Assembly (NCBI GenBank): GCA_028278255.1
Contig: JANQER010000057.1
Coordinates: forward strand, 1 to 34,652
Source of the DNA: Elusimicrobiota bacterium
Lineage (GTDB): Bacteria > Elusimicrobiota > Elusimicrobia > FEN-1173
Reading direction: 5' to 3'
Length of the DNA stretch: 34,652 nt
Shown here: in pieces, positions 18,196 through 24,852 of the stretch
Position numbering within the stretch: the first letter of the stretch is position 1
How the letters are laid out: each line of letters starts with the position of its first letter
The notes under the pieces: model-generated
The model's input: only the letters and a program-made list of their open reading frames with translations
The model's database searches: none
Told to the model about the DNA's origin: nothing
Program-made: the position numbers and the translations under genes

Positions 18196-20685
18196 TTATT
18201 CAACCATCTCAATCTGAGTCCAGTCAAAGGCATCTTCCCCTTCATGGTCCACCGGGCAAAGCTCGGTCGGGGCATCCTTGCTTCTGAAATATTCAAGTGT
18301 TGTATGAGGGCAGTACGGCATGGCCAAAAAACCAGTGTCAGCGTCTACATTTTCAAAAACAATTCCCGGCGGCAGAGCGAAATCCCGGGGCGGCAGATGC
18401 TTGCCGGCTTCTTTCATAAAATCAGTCCAAAGAGGCACGCTTGTCCGCGAGCTTGTCAGTCCCTTTTTGGCCAGCGGCACAAAATCATCATGCCCCATCC
18501 ACACCCCGGCCACCAAGTCTGGAATATAACCCATAAACCACACATCTCTTTTGTCCTGAGTGGTGCCTGTTTTCCCAGCCACAGGCCTTTTCAATCGTGA
18601 CGCATACCGCCCTGTGCCTTCCTGGATCACGGCCTGCATCAGGCGCGTCATCAGATAGCTGGATTGCGGTGAAATCGCTACCCGTCCCTGTTCCACATGT
18701 TCTTCCAAAACACGGCCATTATGCCCCACAATTTTTTTAACGGAAAAAACCGGCATATACACTCCGCCGTTTGCAAAAGTGGCAAAAGCATTGGTCATTT
18801 CTTCCACTGTCACCACAGAAGCGCCCAGCCCCAATGAAAGAACAGGATCCAAACGTCCTTTTATGCCGGCCTTTCTGGCAAATTCAATCACAGTTTTTGG
18901 CCCGGCTCTGTCTGTTAAGCGCACAGACACCAAATTCCGGGACCAAGCCAGACCCCTTCGCAAAGTGATAGGACCATAGTATTTATGATCCCAGCTTTGC
19001 GGCGCCCACACAGGATCAGGCGCATCAGGTTCAGCGTCAGGCAAATAATACCCTGTCACCATTTCCTTCAGCAAAGCATAGCTTGTGGCTTCAGCAATCA
19101 ATTTGGGGTGATGCGTTACATCTGTATAAGCAATCGGGTAATCATCTACAATACTGGCCGGGGTAAACCCTGACTCAAGGGCTGCCAGCCACACAAAAGT
19201 TTTAAAAGTAGAGCCAGGCTGGCGTTTGGCTTGCCTGGCCCGATTGAATTGGCTTTCCTCAAAATTCCGGCCGCCCACCATTGCCCGAATTCCGCCTGTT
19301 TTGGGATCAATTGCCACCAGTGCTGCCTGGGCTTTTATAGGCTCAATCCATTCTATTTCCTCTTCCTCTTCACTGATATCATCCTGGCTGGCTGTCGTTT
19401 CTTCTATCTCCTCATTCGATAATTCTTCTTCAAGCTTTTTTTGATGTTGCTTCCATTTTTCATAATACTCTTTCCAATGTTCCAATGACACGGTTGTTTC
19501 CTCAATTTTTGTTTCAAGCTCTTCTCTCTCTTCTTCAGTCAGTTCTCTTCTCTTGGGCGTTTGATCCTCTTCAGGATTTGGAGATACGGCAAGCCCGTCT
19601 TCTCCATCACCATTCTCATCTTCTTCCTGGGGATGGGACAGCTCATCCCCGACACTATGCCAGGCCAACTTTTCTTCAAACTCTTTCAATTTTTCCTCAT
19701 CTCTTTCAATCAAAAGCCAAAGACGCTGTTCCCCAAACGTCTCATCAAACTTGGCCATATGTTTTTCAACAATGGCTTCTGCTGCCTTTTGCAAACGCAG
19801 ATCAAGCGTTGTATAAATCGAAAGCCCTTCTCGATAAATGGCTTCAGTCCCGTACCGGGGCGCCAATTCAATGCGCACGGCTTCAGTAAAGTAAGAGCCT
19901 GTTTTGGCTTTTTCTTTTTTCCGCAATGTCAATGTTTGTCCGACAGTTTTCAATTCTTCCTGCTCAGTGATAAACCCGCGTTCCTTCATTAATCTCAACA
20001 CCAGGTTCCGTCTTTTAATGGCTCTGTCCGGATGATTGATTGGTGAATAACTGGCCGGGGCCTTTGGCAGCGCCGCAATCAGGGCGCATTCCGCGAGATT
20101 CAGTTCTTTGGCCGGTTTATTAAAATACAATTTGGCGGCGGACCCCACGCCGTACGCGCCATGTCCGAAATAAATCTGGTTTAAATAAAGCTGAAGGATT
20201 TCATCTTTGCTGAAATGATGCTCAATTTGAAATGTCAGAATTAGCTCTTTAAACTTACGATTCCAGGTTCTTTCCTGGGTCAGGAAAATGTTTTTGGCGA
20301 GCTGCTGCGTGATAGTAGATGCGCCTTGGACTGTGCGTTTTTGACGGATGTTGGAAATCAAAGCGCGCACAATCGCTTTGATGTCAATTCCGGGATGTGA
20401 GTAAAAACGATCGTCTTCTATAGCCAAAAAAGCGCGCTGTAAATCCACAGGCGCTTCTGTCAAAGGGATAATGCTGCGTCTCTCCACAAAAAGTTCAGCA
20501 ATGACTTCATGATGGATATCATAAACGCGTGTGATTAAGGAAGGCGTGTAATGGTCCAATTGATGAATAGGCGGGAGTTGCTTCACATACTCCCGCGCGG
20601 CATATCCCACAAAAACAGACAAAAGAGTAAAAAAAGTCAAAACCAAAAAGACCAAAAAACGGTGATGTGACAAATTTGGAATCAT
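18196..20685 (-). CDS. mrcA: class A penicillin-binding protein (PBP1A-type transglycosylase/transpeptidase) with an acidic insert
   Basis: TM anchor. GT51 motifs EDDRFYSHPGID, GASTITQQLAKN and RKFKE. Transpeptidase motifs STFK, SRN and KTGTT. Roughly aa 318-449 form a Glu/Asp/Lys-rich segment between the two modules. Confidence 0.95.
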   Translation of the reverse strand: MIPNLSHHRFLVFLVLTFFTLLSVFVGYAAREYVKQLPPIHQLDHYTPSLITRVYDIHHEVIAELFVERRSIIPLTEAPVDLQRAFLAIEDDRFYSHPGIDIKAIVRALISNIRQKRTVQGASTITQQLAKNIFLTQERTWNRKFKELILTFQIEHHFSKDEILQLYLNQIYFGHGAYGVGSAAKLYFNKPAKELNLAECALIAALPKAPASYSPINHPDRAIKRRNLVLRLMKERGFITEQEELKTVGQTLTLRKKEKAKTGSYFTEAVRIELAPRYGTEAIYREGLSIYTTLDLRLQKAAEAIVEKHMAKFDETFGEQRLWLLIERDEEKLKEFEEKLAWHSVGDELSHPQEEDENGDGEDGLAVSPNPEEDQTPKRRELTEEEREELETKIEETTVSLEHWKEYYEKWKQHQKKLEEELSNEEIEETTASQDDISEEEEEIEWIEPIKAQAALVAIDPKTGGIRAMVGGRNFEESQFNRARQAKRQPGSTFKTFVWLAALESGFTPASIVDDYPIAYTDVTHHPKLIAEATSYALLKEMVTGYYLPDAEPDAPDPVWAPQSWDHKYYGPITLRRGLAWSRNLVSVRLTDRAGPKTVIEFARKAGIKGRLDPVLSLGLGASVVTVEEMTNAFATFANGGVYMPVFSVKKIVGHNGRVLEEHVEQGRVAISPQSSYLMTRLMQAVIQEGTGRYASRLKRPVAGKTGTTQDKRDVWFMGYIPDLVAGVWMGHDDFVPLAKKGLTSSRTSVPLWTDFMKEAGKHLPPRDFALPPGIVFENVDADTGFLAMPYCPHTTLEYFRSKDAPTELCPVDHEGEDAFDWTQIEMVE

Positions 20686-20693
20686 ATCAAAAC

Positions 20694-20722
20694 ATACTAA
20701 TTTTTTGCAAGCAAATCATCAA
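20694..20722 (-). promoter_or_regulatory. candidate sigma70-type promoter for the PBP gene, placing the start site at or next to the ATG
   Basis: On the minus strand: TTGATG, a 17-nt spacer, TAGTAT, 8 nt (gttttgat), then ATG. No Shine-Dalgarno is visible. Confidence 0.3.
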
Positions 20723-21064
20723 GAGATTTTTTTTGCAGGACGGAAAAACAGTGGGTCTCTGACTTTGTGGTTTTCAATGAAAATGCTGTAGAAGGCGAGG
20801 GCTGCTTGTCCTGGTCAGCTTTTGGGACAGGTGGCATGCCCGCATCCCTTCTTCCTCTTCAAAAGAAGAGAAAGAAGGGTTATCACCCGCAAACTTTAGA
20901 AAGCCGCTCTTGCGGAAGAAACGGCTTTCATAAATCTCAAAACGACCTTCACTCATATAAATTATAGGCAGCCCCGAAAAAATCTTTAATTAAATAAAGT
21001 TAAATATACTAATATAAAAAAATAAATTAATATATCATCAAAGACGGGAAAGGAGCGATGGCGC

Positions 21065-22543
21065 ATGAGTTTTCTGAATACACATGAGGTCAAAATAGTT
21101 TTTGTTCTTTGTGCTCTTTCAGCAGCCAGGATTTTTTTGTTCAGCGCTGCTTTTCCTTTTTTTAATAATGTGGATGAAGTGGCTCACTTTGACACAGTCC
21201 ACAAATATTCCAGAGGATATGTCCCCCGCAATAAGATAGATCTATATGATGCAGAAACAGGCGTGTTTTCTGCTCTTTATGGCTCTCCTGAATACCTTCA
21301 GGACAATCGCCCTGAAGCCCCTTTTGTTCCTCTTTGGACACAGCCGGACAATGTCATCCGTGAGAAGGTGGCGTCTAAGTTGAGTTATAGGCCTATCAAT
21401 CATGAAGCCCATCAGCCGCCCATGTACTATTTTGTTGCCGGCGCGTGGTATAAGTTTCTTGGATTCTTTCGCATCAAGGACCTGAACAAACTCTATGCCG
21501 TTCGTTTTCTCAATTCAATAACCTTTGCCTTCACGCTTCTTCTGGCTTATTTTTTTGTGAGAGAATTTTTCCCTCAAAATTTGTTCCTGAGAGTGGGGGT
21601 GCCTTCTCTGATGGCCTTTTTCCCGCAGGATGCTTTGTTTGCCGTTACAAATGACGCTTTCAGCCATTTGACATACACGAGCGCTTTCTATCTGCTGTTT
21701 AAGCTGAACAAGAATCCCTGCCGTCATTATTTTTTCTACATTGTGTCAGCTTTGTCTGTGGCAGCGGCATTTTTGACAAAATTCACCAACTTTACCATTT
21801 TTTTCGTCTTGGGCTGTGTCGTTGTGTCTGTCCTTTACAGGGACATGAAAGAAAGAGGGCCTGAGCCGCATTCACAAATTCATGCCAAGCTGATCCTTCT
21901 TTGTTTTCTGGCATGCGGTTGTGTGGCTTTCTGGCTTATCAGGAGTCGAATTTATTTTGGCGATTTAACAGGGCATTATGTCATTTCGCAAACATGGACG
22001 CCTTTGGCATTGAAAGATATGCTGGGGCATCCCTTGTTTTCTTTAAAGGGGAGTCTTTATTTTTTTGATGAACTCATCAAAAATATATGGCGAGGAGAAA
22101 TGTTTTGGCATGGGAAAAGACTTTTGTGTTATGGAAACGACTTGTTCTTTTCGGCGTCAACGGTGATTTTTTTTGCGTGTGCATGGACATCTTGGGGAAG
22201 CAAAAGATTTTTTCAAAACAAAACACTCATCTATTTTTCGGGATTTATGGCTTGCCTTTTGCTCACGGCTTTGCTGGCTTGGACATCCATTGCCTATGAT
22301 TTTGGTGATTGCCCCTATCCCTCTAAAGAAATCCCATACGTGACATCCGGACGGTATTACACAGCGATTCTTTTGCCTTTTTTGCTGATATACTTGCAAG
22401 GGATGCAAAACCTTTTTGGAAAGTGGAAAAATTCCTTCTATCCTCTCCTCTTCCTTTTTGTTGTGATCTTATGGGTGACCCTGACAGAGGTTTTTATTTC
22501 AATCAGTGTTTTCAAAAGCCCTTTTAATTGGTTTCATTTCTAA
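21065..22543 (+). CDS. polytopic membrane protein, GT-C (ArnT/PMT/DUF2142-like) glycosyltransferase candidate
   Basis: About 12 hydrophobic segments. An early loop with HEAHQPPMYYF resembles GT39/GT83-type transferases. GGAAAGGAG RBS about 10 nt upstream. Confidence 0.55.
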   Translation: MSFLNTHEVKIVFVLCALSAARIFLFSAAFPFFNNVDEVAHFDTVHKYSRGYVPRNKIDLYDAETGVFSALYGSPEYLQDNRPEAPFVPLWTQPDNVIREKVASKLSYRPINHEAHQPPMYYFVAGAWYKFLGFFRIKDLNKLYAVRFLNSITFAFTLLLAYFFVREFFPQNLFLRVGVPSLMAFFPQDALFAVTNDAFSHLTYTSAFYLLFKLNKNPCRHYFFYIVSALSVAAAFLTKFTNFTIFFVLGCVVVSVLYRDMKERGPEPHSQIHAKLILLCFLACGCVAFWLIRSRIYFGDLTGHYVISQTWTPLALKDMLGHPLFSLKGSLYFFDELIKNIWRGEMFWHGKRLLCYGNDLFFSASTVIFFACAWTSWGSKRFFQNKTLIYFSGFMACLLLTALLAWTSIAYDFGDCPYPSKEIPYVTSGRYYTAILLPFLLIYLQGMQNLFGKWKNSFYPLLFLFVVILWVTLTEVFISISVFKSPFNWFHF

Positions 22544-22623
22544 AATCGGGTGACAAACATCCCCTTCCCAACAACTGTATACTTTGTTACAATTGTCCTG
22601 TTATAAATATTGATTATTCCGCG

Positions 22624-22713
22624 GCAACTCAATGGGTTGCAGGTCGCACGGATAAGTGCGACCTGTTTAGCAACGCTGCCGAGACGGTGAGGCGGCAGGA
22701 GGAGTTCACTCCC
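22624..22713 (+). ncRNA. unassigned structured element upstream of tRNA-Asn (four hairpins, one alternative pairing)
   Basis: GCAAC(22624-28)/GTTGC(22636-40). GGTCGCAC(22642-49)/GTGCGACC(22656-63). CTGCCG(22676-81)/CGGCAG(22693-98). GGAG/CTCC (22701-22712). GTTGC can instead pair with GCAAC at 22670-74. I recognise no known family. Confidence 0.3.
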
Positions 22714-22776
22714 ACATTGAGCGTTTCATAAACTAAATTTATTCCCCGGTAGCTCAATGGTGGAGCATTCGGCTGT

Positions 22777-23181
22777 ATGAAGTGCCTTTGGCATAAATGC
22801 CCAAGGAATCTTGTTGGCCATAGAAGATGTTTTTGCAGTGGAAATTGCAAAAATAATTATTATGTGGCCAGACGCAGAAAGATTCTGAAGGCAAAAGCAG
22901 TGGCTTACAAAGGCGGCAAATGCTGTCTTTGTGGTTACAATAATTGTCTGGAAGCTTTGACTTTTCATCATATTGTTGGGAAAGACTTTGGTATTTCTTA
23001 CAAGGGGTATACGAGGTCATGGGAAAAAGTCAAAAAAGAACTAGACAATTGTTGGCTTCTTTGTAGTAATTGCCACGCTGAGATTCATGCCAAAGAGGAT
23101 AATGCAGCTCTGTCTGGAAACAGGCAGATGATAAATCAGGTGAATTCAGGGAACCCTGACTGCTTAACTTTGGTTAAGTGA
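22777..23181 (+). CDS. intron-encoded HNH homing endonuclease
   Basis: 134-aa ORF with FCSGNCKNNYY...YKGGKCCLCGYNNCLEALTFHHI...N...CWLLCSNCHAEIH, a classic HNH/zinc-finger arrangement. Its ATG is the first three intron nucleotides and its stop lies just before the P4'/P6 core string. Confidence 0.8.
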   Translation: MKCLWHKCPRNLVGHRRCFCSGNCKNNYYVARRRKILKAKAVAYKGGKCCLCGYNNCLEALTFHHIVGKDFGISYKGYTRSWEKVKKELDNCWLLCSNCHAEIHAKEDNAALSGNRQMINQVNSGNPDCLTLVK

Positions 23182-23476
23182 AAGGCAATCCTGAGCCAAG
23201 CCTAAGAAAAGCTTATGGGGGTTTTTTCTTCCATAGGTTGATTGATAGGAAGGTGCAGAGACTAGAGCAAAAGCTCGTACCCTGTTAGAGGAGTGTCTCA
23301 CATAAGACTTCGAAGCGAAATTTTGGCAAAGACGTGGGCCAAAAATCGAAATGGCAAAAGCTTATGTTGGACGCACTCCTTAAAATGAGGGGAAGCGCCT
23401 GACTCCGTAAAGAACTAGCTAATTGTTCTATGGAGATGAGATAGTCCAGCCCTTAAGGAAACTTAGGGAAAAACTG
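22777..23476 (+). mobile_element. group I self-splicing intron (IC3-like) in the anticodon loop of tRNA-Asn
   Basis: The 5' exon ends in U (22776) and the intron ends in G (23476). Core strings: AAGGCAATCCTGAGCCAAGCC (23182-23202, P4'/P6), GGAAGGTGCAGAGACTA (23248-23264, R/P7 5') and GAGATAGTCC (23438-23447, S/P7 3'), with GACTA pairing TAGTC. GAAA-capped hairpins lie at 23110-23127 and 23450-23468 (P2-like and P9-like). Candidate P4 is TCAGG 23146-50 / CCTGA 23190-94. Candidate P3 is TCAGGTG 23136-42 / CGCCTGA 23396-402. Confidence 0.85.
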
Positions 23477-23525
23477 TAACCGAAGGGTTGCTGGTTCGAC
23501 CCCAGCCCGGGGAGCATATTAACTT

Positions 23526-23566
23526 AAAAAGCCATTTGACCGAATAAGTCAAATGGCTTTTTCTTT
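23526..23566. terminator. bidirectional rho-independent terminator between tRNA-Asn (+) and the CBS gene (-)
   Basis: AAAAA GCCATTTGAC cgaataa GTCAAATGGC TTTTT: a perfect 10-bp stem (23531-40 / 23548-57) flanked by an A-run and a T-run. Confidence 0.8.
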
Positions 23567-23631
23567 CTTCCGAAATCAAGAATTTTCCTGGTGCGGGTTT
23601 GGCCTGTTCAATCAAAAATCAAAAATAACCT

Positions 23632-24720
23632 TCATTCCCCAATATCCAATATGGCTTTCATGATATCTGTGCGTGTGATAATGCCTTTGATCTCGCCTGT
23701 CTTGTCATCCACAATCGGCATGCAGCCGATGTGCTTATCGCAAAACAACTCAACCACTTCAATGAGAGGGGTATGAGGCGCGGCTGTGATGGGGCTCTTG
23801 ATCATAATGTCCGTGATGAGTGTTTTTTTCCAGGCATCATCCCATCCTTCATTCACATTGATCAGATGATGTTGATATTTTGGTTTGCGGGATTTGGCAT
23901 CTCCTTCTTTGTCCGGAATTTGACTGGGCAGATGTTTTAACACATCTCGGTCTGAGACCACCCCGCATAGCTTTCCTTGGGAATTTGTCACCAACAAATG
24001 ACGGAGATTATGGTCTTGCATCAATTGAGCCGCATCCAGTAATGTGGCAGAGTCCGGCATTGTCTGTATTTTGTTTTGAATTTTACCGGCTGTGCCTTCA
24101 AAAAAAGCATTCTGATCAGCGCCCGCGGTGACAGAGTCAACGTGTGGGGAATTGTCAGAACTCTCCTTGTCTGCATAAACATCACGCATGGCCTGCAAAC
24201 GGTTAAAAAGATGAAGGATGTCTGTTGTGGTGATAATGCCTGTCAAAACAGAGGGTGTGCTGTCTCTTTTCACCACCAGCAGACAGTCAAATTTCTTCTC
24301 AATCATAGTGTGGACTACCTCAAAAACAGATGTGTCCGGGCAGACCGAGATGGGATGCGGTGTCATCAAAAAGCCCAACGGCTGGTTCTGAATAAACGCA
24401 TCCTGAGGAGACAGCTTTTCGTGCGCTGAACTGGCCAATGCCAGGTCCCGCTGAGACACGATTCCCACCAAAACAGGGAATCCCTTGTTGTTTTGCGCCT
24501 GCTGAGCGGAAGCCGTTTCCACAATAGGGATATGTCTGACATGGAGGGCTTCCAAAAACGCCAAACCTTGTGAAATTTTATGATCAGGCGTCAAATATTT
24601 CACCTTTGTGTTCATCACTGTTTCAGCTGTTTTAAAGTAATGAAAAAAGATGTCTTTTCCCTTGTCAAACTGTCCAAAGAGCCCTTTTAATTTTGACAGA
24701 TTGTCTTCTGAAAGCGGCAT
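23632..24720 (-). CDS. CBS-domain protein (two CBS pairs, no other recognisable domain)
   Basis: Repeated CBS signatures, e.g. ITDIMIKSPITAAPHTPLIEVVELFCDKHIGCMPIVDDKTGEIKGIITRTDIMKAI and LMQDHNLRHLLVTNSQGKLCGVVSDRDVLKHL. Confidence 0.8.
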   Translation of the reverse strand: MPLSEDNLSKLKGLFGQFDKGKDIFFHYFKTAETVMNTKVKYLTPDHKISQGLAFLEALHVRHIPIVETASAQQAQNNKGFPVLVGIVSQRDLALASSAHEKLSPQDAFIQNQPLGFLMTPHPISVCPDTSVFEVVHTMIEKKFDCLLVVKRDSTPSVLTGIITTTDILHLFNRLQAMRDVYADKESSDNSPHVDSVTAGADQNAFFEGTAGKIQNKIQTMPDSATLLDAAQLMQDHNLRHLLVTNSQGKLCGVVSDRDVLKHLPSQIPDKEGDAKSRKPKYQHHLINVNEGWDDAWKKTLITDIMIKSPITAAPHTPLIEVVELFCDKHIGCMPIVDDKTGEIKGIITRTDIMKAILDIGE

Positions 24721-24761
24721 ATGATATCCTTGTTTTAATGAACGTAATGTCTAAAATGAAT

Positions 24762-24789
24762 CCTAAATTCTAAACCCTAAACTCTAAAC
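24762..24789. repeat. four tandem degenerate heptamers (CCTAAAT TCTAAAC CCTAAAC TCTAAAC) in the CBS gene upstream region
   Basis: Read directly. Related words (TTCTAAG CTCTAAA) occur at 33443-33456. Confidence 0.6.
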
Positions 24790-24852
24790 GAAAAATCAAT
24801 CATCAAAATTCAAAGGGACAAGAAATAGCAGATTCAATCTGATTTTTCAGGC

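Larger units (their letters stand above)
22743..23514 (+). tRNA. tRNA-Asn (anticodon GUU), split gene: exons 22743-22776 and 23477-23514
   Basis: The joined exons give a 72-nt cloverleaf: TCCCCGG TA GCTC AATGGTG GAGC A TTCGG CTGT|TAA CCGAA GGGTT GCTGG TTCGACC CCAGC CCGGGGA G. All 21 stem pairs are Watson-Crick. U33, A37, the T-loop TTCGA and discriminator G are present. The anticodon loop CUGUUAA is the same as in E. coli tRNA-Asn as I recall it. CCA is not encoded. Confidence 0.85.

Noticed and set aside
22624-22713. The hairpin cluster upstream of tRNA-Asn as a second tRNA or tRNA pseudogene. Its loop shares CTCAATGG with the neighbouring D-arm.
   Set aside because: No acceptor-stem complement can be found. 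The would-be anticodon hairpin has an 8-bp stem and a 6-nt loop, and the last hairpin has a 4-nt loop instead of a T-loop. It is kept only as an unassigned structured element.
22528-22731. 67-aa ORF starting inside the end of the membrane protein gene and crossing the structured element.
   Set aside because: It has no RBS and overlaps the preceding gene's stop. Its sequence is dictated by the GC-rich hairpins, and it shows no recognisable motif.
22773-22779. Reading the 5' tRNA half as carrying anticodon GTA (tRNA-Tyr), or splicing after T22774 to give Thr anticodons.
   Set aside because: Bacterial tRNA-Tyr has a long variable arm, which is absent here. The alternative junctions would leave an intron ending in C or A rather than G, or a 5' exon not ending in U. 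Only the CUGU|UAA junction satisfies group I rules and gives a canonical 7-nt loop.
24762-24789. The CCCTAAA-like heptamer array as telomeric repeat or CRISPR-like array.
   Set aside because: There are only four degenerate 7-nt units with no spacers, in a bacterial promoter region. This is far too short and irregular for either.
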